Shown in pieces: positions 26,660 through 36,449 of a stretch of 43,610 nt of DNA. Positions within the stretch are counted from its first letter, which is position 1, and the number at the start of each line of letters is the position of its first letter. The position numbers and the translations under genes were made by a program. Source of the DNA: a virus (taxonomy: Duplodnaviria; Caudoviricetes). The stretch is taken from IMG/VR virus record IMGVR_UViG_3300027828_000049, positions 1 to 43,610 of that record; one strand, written 5' to 3'. Below the pieces are notes generated by a model. That model was not told where the DNA came from and did no database searches. It worked only from the letters and a program-made list of their open reading frames with translations.

Positions 26660-27046
26660 ATGAACTTAAAAGAGTTGTTGGTGGAGGCGATTCAGGAGCG
26701 TTACGACACTGATGGGCATGAAATCCAATATGGTAAAGATGGATGCTATGGTGAAGACTCTGGAGTACTGCTTAATGATGCAATATCCGCAGTCGAGGCG
26801 TGTGCTGATAAATATAAGGCCAGCCAAATCAGCGCCAGCACTAAAGCTAACCATTTGCGGGTTAAGGAGTTGGAGGATGAGTTATCAAGTTTAAAGGAAA
26901 ACTTTTACATGATGCCAAAAGACCCGTGCATTGCAATTATGTTCCCGTTTATAACGGTTCCTTCTGTTGTTGCTGGTGAGTATACGAATTCTGAGTTTTA
27001 TCATGAGTGGGCAAAAGATTGGTCTAACTGGCCAAACAATAAGTAA
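26660..27046 (+). CDS. hypothetical protein
   Basis: 128 aa ORF with RBS AAGGGGA. Confidence 0.65.
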   Translation: MNLKELLVEAIQERYDTDGHEIQYGKDGCYGEDSGVLLNDAISAVEACADKYKASQISASTKANHLRVKELEDELSSLKENFYMMPKDPCIAIMFPFITVPSVVAGEYTNSEFYHEWAKDWSNWPNNK

Positions 27047-27106
27047 AACATAAACCATGAAGCCAGTTAACAAGCTGGCTCAATTGAACCTTGGAGGTTA
27101 AGGCCC

Positions 27107-27259
27107 ATGGAAGGATTATATCTACTAATGCTTATGGTTGGTTGTTTGGTTGCCGTGGCTATATGGATAAACGTAAAGCCACAGCCTGAGATAAAGATAA
27201 TGGAGAAAGATAAGACCTCTGATGAGTGGTGGGAGGTTGGCGATAATGAAGTGGAATAA
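27107..27259 (+). CDS. small membrane protein (50 aa)
   Basis: Translated by hand (MEGLYLLMLMVGCLVAVAIWINVKP...); RBS GGAGG. Confidence 0.6.
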   Translation: MEGLYLLMLMVGCLVAVAIWINVKPQPEIKIMEKDKTSDEWWEVGDNEVE

Positions 27260-27725
27260 GCGAACGGCCCGAATAATGTTAACGATACTGATAGTTGCAC
27301 TGGTTGGACAAGAAACCAGTCAGACAATAATGCGACTACTCAGTCAATCAAGAACAACGATACAAACAAAAATGAACATGTACAGCTTTGGAATGATAGG
27401 TGATACCGACCCATTCACAAGGACTGGAAGAAACTCAAGGAACGGCCGACGTGGTGGGAGGAGCGGCAGGAGAGGTAATCGAAGTGGCCGCAATGGTCGC
27501 AGGAATGGCAGATATGGTGGTTTACTGCTTAACCTAGATGATGACTACGGGTTTATGACGGTAAGCGTTAAAGATGGAAAGAGATTGCTTGAATTGATGT
27601 TTATTGAAAAGAATCGATTTGATGGAATTATCGGGAGGTTTGCTGATTTTGAGTTCAAGATGATATCTGAATGTGACAATCAGTATGAGATAACGGTATA
27701 TGTTGATGATTTGGAGATGGTGTGA
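27246..27725 (+). CDS. hypothetical protein with an N-terminal hydrophobic segment and an Arg/Gly-rich tract
   Basis: ATG 27246 after GGAGG; GRNSRNGRRGGRSGRRGNRSGRNGRRNGRYGG. Confidence 0.6.
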   Translation: MKWNKRTARIMLTILIVALVGQETSQTIMRLLSQSRTTIQTKMNMYSFGMIGDTDPFTRTGRNSRNGRRGGRSGRRGNRSGRNGRRNGRYGGLLLNLDDDYGFMTVSVKDGKRLLELMFIEKNRFDGIIGRFADFEFKMISECDNQYEITVYVDDLEMV

Positions 27726-28062
27726 TGGGTATTGATATTTCGGGTGGAATGATTATCGGAGCCAATGCAAGCAAGGTTAAAGCGCGGTAGAAAAGTGTGA
27801 TGATGACTGTATGATGTTTGGTGTTAACGGTAATTACCACGAAGAGTTTTATGACTGGTATGAAAGTGAAGAAATGGAAACTTATAGTTTTCACTATGAT
27901 GCAGACGAACGATCTCAGGTTATTGGATTTGCAATCAAGGACGTAGAGCCATTATCTGATAAGTTTGATGAGTGGATTAAGGATGTAAAAAACAAATCCA
28001 CCAAGTTTAAAAAACTTACTGGCATAGAGCCGGAACTAATCGGGATGCAAGACGTTTGGTAA
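27725..28062 (+). pseudogene. frameshifted hypothetical gene (one base missing near 27779-27787)
   Basis: ATG 27725 (coupled to the upstream TGA) gives MGIDISGGMIIGANASKVK, then stops at 27788-27790; adding one A joins it to the 27811..28062 frame. Confidence 0.6.
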
Positions 28063-28134
28063 GGAGCTCGACAATTACCGCCAACCCTAACCCTTATGAT
28101 ATAATCGCATAACAATCAATCATAGGGTTAGGTA

Positions 28135-28296
28135 ATGACTGAACTGTTGCTGCTTATTGGTATATCGCCGGTGGATCTATTTGTAATAGTGCAGCTGGCA
28201 ACATTGATTTGCATCGGGATAAACATCAGAATGATATACAAGAGGAGAAACAAATCTGATGAGCTGAAGGGGGTTGGAGATGAGTCAAAACAGTAA
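28135..28296 (+). CDS. small membrane protein (53 aa), possible holin partner
   Basis: MTELLLLIGISPVDLFVIVQLATLICIGINIRMIYKRR...; follows the extended -10 TGATATAAT at 28097-28105. Confidence 0.6.
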   Translation: MTELLLLIGISPVDLFVIVQLATLICIGINIRMIYKRRNKSDELKGVGDESKQ

Positions 28297-28495
28297 CACC
28301 ATTGGTGCGGTTCTTACTGGAGGGTCTATAGGCGGTGGGCTTACTCAGTGGGTGACACAGAACTCAACAATCATATCTCTTAGCCTGACAGCAGTCTCAT
28401 GCTTTGCTGGTGTTTTATTCCTATTTCTTAACTGGCGTGAAAACAAACGTCGAAATGATATAGCGCAAAGAGCGCTTGATTCAAGTGGTGGTTAG
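28280..28495 (+). CDS. putative holin
   Basis: 71 aa, hydrophobic helix followed by a basic tail (FLNWRENKRR); located shortly before terminase. Confidence 0.6.
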   Translation: MSQNSNTIGAVLTGGSIGGGLTQWVTQNSTIISLSLTAVSCFAGVLFLFLNWRENKRRNDIAQRALDSSGG

Positions 28496-28754
28496 TTATG
28501 TTACAAGCTAAGTTCAAAGATTTTATGGTGTGGCTTGCGGAGATTAAAGAAGAAATGGATCTTGGTGAGCTACCAGAAGACGACACAGCGGAGACATTAA
28601 ATTTCGACGATTAACTGGAGAGTTAGAGTTATGAAAAGGATTTTGAATAACGCGGAAAGGTCGCTATGCACAAAAGCAGGATGCGGCCTTTTTTGTATCT
28701 GCCTGATTGTGGGTGGTATAATGGGTTGGTTATTATAGGTTTAGGTGATGAGTT

Positions 28755-29339
28755 ATGAATAACTTTGAAATGACTGATGAGCAAAAGGAGTTGTTCGATA
28801 AGTTAACGCCACTTCAGCAAAAAGTAGCCGTTAACGTCATTTCAGGGATGAGTAATATTGATGCGTATGTTGAAGCTGGTGGCAAGTCTGAAACCAGAGA
28901 GTCTGGAGAGGCATCCGTAAGCCGCATGTTAAGGGATGTTAAGGTTAAGGCTTTCGTTGATAGTATGAAGAAAGAAGCGGTCAAATGTGCCGTTATGAGT
29001 CGTCAGGAGATGCTAGAGCGACTATCTAACCTTAGCCGTGTAAATATGTCAGATTTAATTGAGTGGCGCACAGGGCGATCTACGAACGCTGAGGGTGAGG
29101 AGGTTGAACAAACACTTTGGTCAATTAAAGAATCAGCCGAGCAAGACCCATATGCAATGGCATCAATTGCAGAGGTGACGGCGGGGAAAGATGGATTCAA
29201 GATTAAGCAACACTCACCATTGGCCGCAATGAAACAGCTTGCGGACCTGGCCGGATATAACGCAGCCAAGCAGGTTGAGGTTGCTCTAACTGATGATTTT
29301 GAATCGCTATTAAGCGACGCTGCTGATGACGAAGAGTGA
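28755..29339 (+). CDS. terS: terminase small subunit
   Basis: LTPLQQK...AY..AG...SVSRML N-terminal HTH, MSRQEMLERLS and KIKQHSPLAAMKQLA; upstream of TerL. Confidence 0.88.
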   Translation: MNNFEMTDEQKELFDKLTPLQQKVAVNVISGMSNIDAYVEAGGKSETRESGEASVSRMLRDVKVKAFVDSMKKEAVKCAVMSRQEMLERLSNLSRVNMSDLIEWRTGRSTNAEGEEVEQTLWSIKESAEQDPYAMASIAEVTAGKDGFKIKQHSPLAAMKQLADLAGYNAAKQVEVALTDDFESLLSDAADDEE

Positions 29340-30900
29340 CGAGGTAGAGCAGGCTCTATATTACGTTTACAAATTCAACAATAGAGACCTTACAAAGCAA
29401 GAGTTCAAGAAGGCGGTAGGACTGAAGTTCTTCCGCCTTTGTGCGTTTTACTTCATTAAAGATAAGGACGGCAACAAAGTAAGATTCTCTCCTAACGTTG
29501 CGCAGGTTGAGTATTACAAGAATTCACACCAGAACGACATAATCCTTAAGGCTCGCCAGCTTGGGTTTACTACGTGGAAAATGATACACGACCTTGATAG
29601 TTGCTTATTTAAGAAAAATTTCTCTGCCGGGTGTATAGCTCACAACGATAAAGACTCGAAGGATATATACCGCAATAAGATCCGGTTCGCTTACCAGAAC
29701 ATAAAGCCATCAATCATTAAGCTGCTTGAGTCTATTGGCTACAAGCTCCCGACGCCGACAAATGATAAAGACAACGGCTATGTTTTCACTAATGGATCAT
29801 CGATTGGCGTGTCAACCGGCTACCGTGGAGGGACTTTGCAATCGCTCCATATCAGCGAGTTCGGGAAAATATGCAAGAAGTACCCAGAGAAAGCGAAAGA
29901 GATTGTAACTGGTGCGTTTAACTCTGTCGGTAAAAACTGCACAAAGACAATTGAGAGCACAGCTGAAGGGAAGCAGGGATATTTCTATGATTATTGCCAG
30001 GCTGCTCAGAAACTAAAACAGCAAGGCAAGACCCCGGCATCGCTTCAGTTCAAGTTTCATTTCTTCTCATGGTGGATGGATCCGAATTACTTTATCGATG
30101 AGGATGTGGATATACCTTCTAGGCTGCTGGATTATTTTGACATCCTAGAGCACAAAAAAGGCATCAAGTTAACTGACGGGCAAAAGAAGTGGTACACGCT
30201 AATCGAGGCCGATCAAGGCGACGAAATGAAGCGAGAGTACCCATCCACACCAGAGGAGGCGTTTGAGCAGGCAATTGAGGGTGCGTATTACGCCAATCAA
30301 TTTAAAGACATATACAAAGATGGCCGTATCTGCGATGGCTGGGGGAATGAAGCTGACGTATTTACAGCTTGGGATATCGGCGTTGGGGATTCGACATCTA
30401 TTTGGTTCTATCAGCATGTTGGCGATGAAATACACGTGATCCACTACTACGAAAACTCAGGTGAATCGCTAGGTCATTACATAAAATACCTTGAAGATAT
30501 TGGGGAGGTTAACGGTTGGCACTATGGTAAGCATTGGGCTCCGCACGATATAAACAACCGAGAGTTTGCATCCAAAGGTAAGACCCGCAAGGAGCTAGCT
30601 AAGGAGGGTGTTGAATATGGCGGTGTGACCTACTCAATCAACTTTGATGTCGCTCCAAAGTTGGGTATCGATGATGGCATAGAGATGGTAAGGCAACTAC
30701 TACCTAAGTGCGTGTTCTTCGAAAAGGAAACGGAACGGGGCGTTAAGTGTTTAGAGTCATACCGCAAGGAGTGGAATGATAAGCTAGGCTGCTGGCGAGA
30801 TAGCCCACTTCACGATTGGTCATCACACGGCGCTGATGCATTTCGTTACCTGGCGGTAGTTGAAAACCAGAGAAGCGCAGGCGGCTTCGTATTCCTGTAA
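29326..30900 (+). CDS. terL: terminase large subunit
   Basis: ILKARQLGFTT Walker A, LHISEFG Walker B, ESTAEG coupling motif, WDIGVGD nuclease and HDWSSHGADAFRY. Confidence 0.95.
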   Translation: MTKSDEVEQALYYVYKFNNRDLTKQEFKKAVGLKFFRLCAFYFIKDKDGNKVRFSPNVAQVEYYKNSHQNDIILKARQLGFTTWKMIHDLDSCLFKKNFSAGCIAHNDKDSKDIYRNKIRFAYQNIKPSIIKLLESIGYKLPTPTNDKDNGYVFTNGSSIGVSTGYRGGTLQSLHISEFGKICKKYPEKAKEIVTGAFNSVGKNCTKTIESTAEGKQGYFYDYCQAAQKLKQQGKTPASLQFKFHFFSWWMDPNYFIDEDVDIPSRLLDYFDILEHKKGIKLTDGQKKWYTLIEADQGDEMKREYPSTPEEAFEQAIEGAYYANQFKDIYKDGRICDGWGNEADVFTAWDIGVGDSTSIWFYQHVGDEIHVIHYYENSGESLGHYIKYLEDIGEVNGWHYGKHWAPHDINNREFASKGKTRKELAKEGVEYGGVTYSINFDVAPKLGIDDGIEMVRQLLPKCVFFEKETERGVKCLESYRKEWNDKLGCWRDSPLHDWSSHGADAFRYLAVVENQRSAGGFVFL

Positions 30901-31007
30901 TCGACTCGCTAGAAACTAACCGCTCAAATCAATCGATTTTTCCCGTTATACAAATCAACCCGTATTGCTGATAATAGCTGTACGGGTTTTTTATTGGAGT
31001 GGAGAAG

Positions 31008-31334
31008 ATGAACAAAGAAAAAGATACGACGGATATTTTAGAGGAGCTGTGCGAGGCATCTGATGATTGCGCATGGTCTCAATGTCGAGGTACTTCTGAT
31101 GATACACGGAAGTCAGATAAAAACTTTGGCGCGGTTTGGAATAACGCTATCGAGTACTTTTCTGGAAAAGACTCAGCGATAAAACAACTCAATGACGATA
31201 AGGCGGAGCTTGCTGGAGCTCTTAGGCATATGATTGAAAGATGGGATGAATGCGAAATAAATCAGGCTGAGCATGGGGACCAGTGGCACGCCAGGAAGAT
31301 TCTGAAGAAGCACGAGGAATCAATTGATGACTGA
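31008..31334 (+). CDS. hypothetical protein (accessory cassette between terL and portal)
   Basis: ORF with RBS GGAG. Confidence 0.65.
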   Translation: MNKEKDTTDILEELCEASDDCAWSQCRGTSDDTRKSDKNFGAVWNNAIEYFSGKDSAIKQLNDDKAELAGALRHMIERWDECEINQAEHGDQWHARKILKKHEESIDD

Positions 31335-31572
31335 CACCAAATCCCAAATTCTCTCAGAGGTAGAGTCAGAGTTAGGCCCAGGTTATGTCATGACTGTGGC
31401 TGATGCTATGGAGAAGTGTCCGACGCTGTCAAAGATGGTTGAGTTATCAGAAAAGTCAACAATAGTCCTCGATACGTCATGGTGGAGTGATAAGGATATC
31501 GAGAGTCTGAAGCAAAAACTTAAAGATAGCACTGGATGTCAATTCAAAATATTGGGAGTAAGTGATGATTGA
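31327..31572 (+). CDS. hypothetical protein
   Basis: ORF with RBS GAGGA; overlaps its neighbours. Confidence 0.65.
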   Translation: MTDTKSQILSEVESELGPGYVMTVADAMEKCPTLSKMVELSEKSTIVLDTSWWSDKDIESLKQKLKDSTGCQFKILGVSDD

Positions 31573-32398
31573 TTTAAATGAAGTGACAGTTGAGAATTTT
31601 AATTATTCGAATGTTAAAAAATGGATTGGTGATTACACGCACGCGGAAAAAGTTGAATTTGCGATTAATTGCGCAGAGCTTGTTATCCACCTTTACACAG
31701 GAAGCAGTGATGCGCCAAAGAAAGCAATTGAGGCTGCAAAGGCTTGGCTAAAAAAACCATCGGAAGAAAACAGGAAGGCTTGCAAAGCTGCTGCTGCTGC
31801 TGCTTATGCTGCTGCTGATTCTTATGCTGATTCTTCTGCTGCTGCCGCTGATTCTTCTGCTGCTGCCGCTGATTCTGCTGCCGCTGATTCTTCTGCTGCT
31901 GCCGCTGATTCTGCTGCTGCTGCCGCTGCTTATGCTGCTAGTAAATCCATTAAAGAAAAGATAATTGGATTCATCACTGGCAAGCACAATAAAGACCTAA
32001 AGCCACGCACAAAGGTTGAGTATGTGCTATGTGAGTTTAGTAGTTTATCTGATTTGGTTTTAGCGTGTGAGAATGGTGATAGCCTTTATCTTGAGCATGT
32101 TGAAACTAAAGAGAGGAAAAAGACTGATGTGTATGGTGCAATATCGATGCACCGTCATAACGATCCAATTTACCGCAAAGTCGAGCGTGAGGTTGAGTGG
32201 TATGAAGATATCCCAGCAGGTGGCGTGTTGTGCTATGTGTCTGATGCTCTTGATGACTATAAGCTAGTTATTAGCATTGCAGGTTACAAGGATTCCTTGT
32301 TGAGCAAGTTTGTTGATAACTCTGGCGGTAATTGGCGAACTGCGACCCCACTAACAAAAGCAGAAATCCAGAAACTAATGGATAACGCGCCAGAATAG
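31565..32398 (+). CDS. hypothetical protein with an Imm5-like helical N-terminus and an Ala/Asp/Ser repeat
   Basis: FAINCAELV...DAPKKAIEAAKAWL followed by an Ala-rich tract and an unrelated C-terminal region. Confidence 0.65.
   Translation: MIDLNEVTVENFNYSNVKKWIGDYTHAEKVEFAINCAELVIHLYTGSSDAPKKAIEAAKAWLKKPSEENRKACKAAAAAAYAAADSYADSSAAAADSSAAAADSAAADSSAAAADSAAAAAAYAASKSIKEKIIGFITGKHNKDLKPRTKVEYVLCEFSSLSDLVLACENGDSLYLEHVETKERKKTDVYGAISMHRHNDPIYRKVEREVEWYEDIPAGGVLCYVSDALDDYKLVISIAGYKDSLLSKFVDNSGGNWRTATPLTKAEIQKLMDNAPE
31787..31939 (+). repeat. in-frame tandem repeat built from GCTGCTGCCGCTGATTCT(TCT) units
   Basis: Imperfect 15-21 nt units encoding AAAADS(S). Confidence 0.9.
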
Positions 32399-32451
32399 CC
32401 CATAACACCAACTCAATGTATAATAGCCTCATTAACCGATGAGGCTATTAT

Positions 32452-33870
32452 ATGTCACTAACAGTCAACGAAATTACAATGGCCGCCAACTCTGCCGCTG
32501 AAACCATTGCGAGGCAGCGTATGATGTTGGCTGGGTCTAACATAAATACCAAACACACCCGCCTATATGCAGAATTCGGATGGATTGATCATCCTGTGTT
32601 TGAGCAATTCTATCAACTATACCGCCGCAACCCTGTAGCCCGTGCGATTATATCAAAGCTGAACAAAGGTACGTTTCAGACGATGCCACAGGTTATCGAG
32701 GGTGATATCGAGGATAGCGACGACGAGCGGTCTGATAATGAGCTCGCTGCTGATGACTTCCTGAAAACGTGGTGGCCAAAGATTCAGGATGGTGACAAGC
32801 GCAATCTGGTTGGTAAATACTCCGCGCTAATCCTGAGTATTCGTGATGCAAAAAAGATGGACCAGCCAGTAACTGGCGCATTAAATGAGTTCTCGATATT
32901 CCGTATCCGCCCTGTATGGGAAGACCAGTTAGAGCCCATAGAGTGGAACCAGGATGAGACTAGTGAGAATTACGGCGACGTGACCATGTACTCATTTACC
33001 GAATACAGCTCAGTCGCTGATAAGACAAACCTTGCCAAGCCTACTCGTCTAGTTAACATTCACCCCGACCGAGTGATCATTATCAACGAGGGCGTTGAGG
33101 ACTATACGCTAGAGTCCGGTGAGTCGATGCTAGAGGCCGCACTAAACTCATTGATGGATATAGAAAAGGTCTCAGGCAGTGCAGCTGAGGGGTTAAGAAA
33201 GAATGCATCAAGGCAGCTAGCGATTGATTTTGACAAGGATACAGACTTCGGGCAAATGATGGCCGTTTACGGTGTCAATCAATCGGATCCTGACGCGGCA
33301 AATTTATTCCGCGAAAAGTTCAATGAGCGAATGGCTGTGCTTAATACTGGGGTTGACGGAGCAATTATAGGGAAGGGGATGAAAACAGATATTCTATCCG
33401 TAGCGCCAGCTGACCCTGAACCTACCGTAAAGATGCTAGAGCGCCATTCAATAGCACCGTCTGGGATGCCTTATCGCTCTGTTATCGGTAATGAAACAGG
33501 CGAACGAGCATCAACAGAGGATAACGTAGAGAAGAACAACGTATTCATGGCGCGTCAAACGGGGCATGTAAACTCAATCCTGACGAACCTATTAAGCCGA
33601 ATGATGCGCTTTGGTGTTCTGCCTATGTTTGATTTCAGCTTCAAATGGCCCAACCTGAACGAAGCCAAGGATGTCGAGAAGCTTGAGCTGATGGAGAAGG
33701 CAATAAAAGTTGGAGTTGAAAGCACCAAGGCCTATGCAGAGCCGATTATCAAGCCAAACGAGATACGCGCACTTGGCCCCGACTCAATCAGAGAGCTGGA
33801 TGAGTTTACCGACGAGCAAATGCAGGCAAGGGAAGATGCCGATGACGATATTAATCCAAGGGTGGAATAA
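32452..33870 (+). CDS. portal protein (DUF1073-like)
   Basis: 472 aa; LYAEFGW...YRRNPVARAII, IHPDRVII and GNETGERASTED motifs; precedes the minor head gene. Confidence 0.9.
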   Translation: MSLTVNEITMAANSAAETIARQRMMLAGSNINTKHTRLYAEFGWIDHPVFEQFYQLYRRNPVARAIISKLNKGTFQTMPQVIEGDIEDSDDERSDNELAADDFLKTWWPKIQDGDKRNLVGKYSALILSIRDAKKMDQPVTGALNEFSIFRIRPVWEDQLEPIEWNQDETSENYGDVTMYSFTEYSSVADKTNLAKPTRLVNIHPDRVIIINEGVEDYTLESGESMLEAALNSLMDIEKVSGSAAEGLRKNASRQLAIDFDKDTDFGQMMAVYGVNQSDPDAANLFREKFNERMAVLNTGVDGAIIGKGMKTDILSVAPADPEPTVKMLERHSIAPSGMPYRSVIGNETGERASTEDNVEKNNVFMARQTGHVNSILTNLLSRMMRFGVLPMFDFSFKWPNLNEAKDVEKLELMEKAIKVGVESTKAYAEPIIKPNEIRALGPDSIRELDEFTDEQMQAREDADDDINPRVE

Positions 33871-34829
33871 TGGTTATCCTTCCTCGAAACAAGAATGCTC
33901 CAGCTGGCTCCAAAACAGTCAGCAGTGCATTTGCTGTGCTGACCGAGAAGTACAAGGATATCAACCGGCAGATTAAGGCTAAGATACTTGCCATCCCGAC
34001 AACTCCGGCGCCAGCAACAAACCAGTTCGTATTCATTAATGGTGGCGAGCCTATTCTGTATTCCGTGAATGCCGATGTTAGCTATGACATTGGAAGCTCA
34101 TCGTACAAGCGACTACTGGCAGAGGTTGAGGCTATCATTGACTCGATACTGATGAGTGGCGGGAAGAGGAATTTATTCTTCTATGAGTTCCTTGAGACCG
34201 AATCCAAGCGCGGAACGAAGGATGCATTTAATAACCTGGCTGCGCAGTCGGCGCTATACGAAGAAAAGGCGTCGCTGATTAAGGTACTAACAAGCAAACC
34301 CTTTATAACAAGACTATCTATCGCTGAATCTGCATCATGGACTAGCTGGAAGGGGCTTGCAGAGAAGGCTAAGGGCGAGATTGCCAACATCCTGAAGGAT
34401 TCAATCACTCGCGGCGTGTCGACTAGGGATGCCACTAGACTAGTTAAGGAAAGGCTCGATGTTAGCCGTAGTGACGCAAGGCGCATAGCTCAAACGTCGC
34501 TGCTTGGCGCGTACAGGGAGGCTAATCGCAAGGAGAATGAGCGAGCGGACGAGCAGTACGGCATTAGAACGGAAATGCTATGGACATCGGCCCTAATACC
34601 CACGACTCGACCTTGGCATGCATCAAGGCATGGGAGAATATACACAAGGGAGGAGGTTGAGGAATTCTATGCAGAGAGAGGCAATCGCTATAACTGTTAC
34701 TGCGCCCAGACTGCCGTATTAATCCAAGAGGGCAAGCCTGTAATATCGCAGGTCGCACTCAAGAAGATGGATAAAGAGAAAAAAGCTTGGGATAAAACGC
34801 AGGTGAAGAAGAAAACTAAGGCCGCTTAA
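33870..34829 (+). CDS. minor head protein (Mu gpF/SPP1 gp7 family)
   Basis: ARRIAQT...WTSAL.PTTRPWHASRHG...NCYC motif. Confidence 0.88.
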   Translation: MVILPRNKNAPAGSKTVSSAFAVLTEKYKDINRQIKAKILAIPTTPAPATNQFVFINGGEPILYSVNADVSYDIGSSSYKRLLAEVEAIIDSILMSGGKRNLFFYEFLETESKRGTKDAFNNLAAQSALYEEKASLIKVLTSKPFITRLSIAESASWTSWKGLAEKAKGEIANILKDSITRGVSTRDATRLVKERLDVSRSDARRIAQTSLLGAYREANRKENERADEQYGIRTEMLWTSALIPTTRPWHASRHGRIYTREEVEEFYAERGNRYNCYCAQTAVLIQEGKPVISQVALKKMDKEKKAWDKTQVKKKTKAA

Positions 34830-34842
34830 TCGCGTCCATTTA

Positions 34843-35241
34843 TTACTTTGTTGGCGCTGGTGGTAGTGGTTTCCAGTGGGTTATCATCGATACTGCTATA
34901 TGATTTGGTGTGTACCCATGAAAACCATTATTCTTGGTGTACATCATCGTCGCCATTGCACTATCGGAATAGACCAGAACCCAATCGAAATCCGGATTAG
35001 GCAATCGCTCATCAACACTAATCCAACTATCGGCTCGGGTGTTCCATTGTTTCTTCGCTGTTTCGTAACACCATTCGTGATCATTATAAATAGCACCATC
35101 CGTGCGGGTTATGCGGCATGAATTACATTTCAATTGTACTTTTCTTGTCTTTGTGTGGTCATTACCAATGTATTTAACATCTATATCTTCACACCCGCAG
35201 TATGGGCAAGGTAGTAAATCATTTTTCTCTGTAGAACTCAT
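34843..35241 (-). CDS. Lar-family restriction alleviation domain fused to a DUF551-like domain
   Basis: LLPCPYCG...C..C...WNTRA followed by WISVDERLP...ITHWKPLPPAP. Confidence 0.8.
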   Translation of the reverse strand: MSSTEKNDLLPCPYCGCEDIDVKYIGNDHTKTRKVQLKCNSCRITRTDGAIYNDHEWCYETAKKQWNTRADSWISVDERLPNPDFDWVLVYSDSAMATMMYTKNNGFHGYTPNHIAVSMITHWKPLPPAPTK

Positions 35242-35662
35242 CGTGTAACTCCTTTGCTTTTTTTGATCTTGCCTCCGATGCTTCTTCTAATGTGTCAAAG
35301 CACCCTAGGGAATATCTTTTACCGAAGGCTTGCACTCTGGCTCTGAATTTACCGTTAGGCATTAACTTTACGCCTTTGCGCCCCGTTGTGCTGTTTTTGT
35401 TAAGTTTCCTATTTTGTTGATTCTGGAATCTATTGCACAGCCTTAAGTTTTCTCTTTGATTATTTAGTTCATCACCATCTATGTGATCTACATGCTTTAA
35501 TTCACTAGCCACTAATATCAATCTATGCATCTTTACTGTGGAGCCCATGATTACCGATTCTGCGTATCTGTCATAAACACTCCATTCAATAGATGAAAGC
35601 CAATCAAAGTCACAGTCAGAAACCAATATCGAATCGCCCTGCCTGCTCTTTATTTTTTTCAT
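35219..35662 (-). CDS. HNH endonuclease with an AP2 domain
   Basis: MHRLI...VDHIDGDELNNQRENLRLC...N and STTGRKGV...LGCFDT.EEA motifs. Confidence 0.88.
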   Translation of the reverse strand: MKKIKSRQGDSILVSDCDFDWLSSIEWSVYDRYAESVIMGSTVKMHRLILVASELKHVDHIDGDELNNQRENLRLCNRFQNQQNRKLNKNSTTGRKGVKLMPNGKFRARVQAFGKRYSLGCFDTLEEASEARSKKAKELHDEFYREK

Positions 35663-36080
35663 AAACCAAACCTTAATTACGCCCTTTTACTCACCTTAAA
35701 TGGTCACAAAATAAATGCCAAACGGACACGGTTTTAAATCACTCATCAATCACCCCTTATTATCAATTGCGTTGCAGATCGCCCACGCAGCAATGAGCGT
35801 CATATTGAGATACCATATCTCATTTCGAACGCTGAACTCTTCTATAACATGACCCGCAATTATGACTAACGACAATATCATTGTTGCGATAATGCATACC
35901 TTTTGGCCGTTACTAATCATCACTCACCCCTTATTGCATAACCGACCTTAATTGGGTCGAAGTAAATGCGATTTCCATCACCATCGTAATGCCCGCCCCA
36001 CCCACGCTGCCTTGCTTTTATCTTATTCCAGACGGAGCCTTTCTTTTTTCCATTCTTTCGATTGTTCTTTGATTTAGGCA

Positions 36081-36320
36081 TCACTCATCACCCATAAGGT
36101 ACTCAACAACATCTAAAGCAATGAACTTTGACTTCACGCTTTCCATTGTTTCGAGATCGATAACCTTAATCAGCTCGTACTCCTTATCGCCCACGCAGCA
36201 CCCGCAAGTACCGTTACACGCATTAATCCCGCCGATGGTTTGTTTTTCGCCGTCAGAGTCAATTACCAGTGCCGCCTCTGTATCGCTCATATTTTTAAAT
36301 ATTGATGCGTTAACTTTCAT
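36081..36320 (-). CDS. hypothetical protein (Cys cluster)
   Basis: 79 aa with RBS AAGGGGA; first gene of the leftward cassette; NACNGTCGCC. Confidence 0.65.
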   Translation of the reverse strand: MKVNASIFKNMSDTEAALVIDSDGEKQTIGGINACNGTCGCCVGDKEYELIKVIDLETMESVKSKFIALDVVEYLMGDE

Positions 36321-36344
36321 AAATTCCCCTTAGTTGATAGCTCA

Positions 36345-36421
36345 ATGGTAAGCCTGAGATTTGTGGTTGTCAATATCTAAATTAACCAATAGGTTGACAT
36401 TAAATGTGCAAAGCCCATAAT
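36345..36421. promoter_or_regulatory. divergent sigma70 promoters
   Basis: Plus strand: TTGACA 36394-36399, 16 bp, CATAAT 36416-36421. Minus strand: TTGACA 36373-36368, 17 bp, TACCAT 36350-36345. Confidence 0.75.
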
Positions 36422-36449
36422 GGCTATATAAATTAAATCAGGAGGTAGT

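Noticed and set aside
31787-31939. Possible CRISPR array or DGR repeat
   Set aside because: The repeats are in-frame codon repeats without unique spacers, and there is no cas or reverse transcriptase gene in the window.
32452-33870. Anti-CBASS (Acb1-family) label sometimes attached to DUF1073 proteins
   Set aside because: Size, motifs and position before the minor head gene indicate a portal protein.
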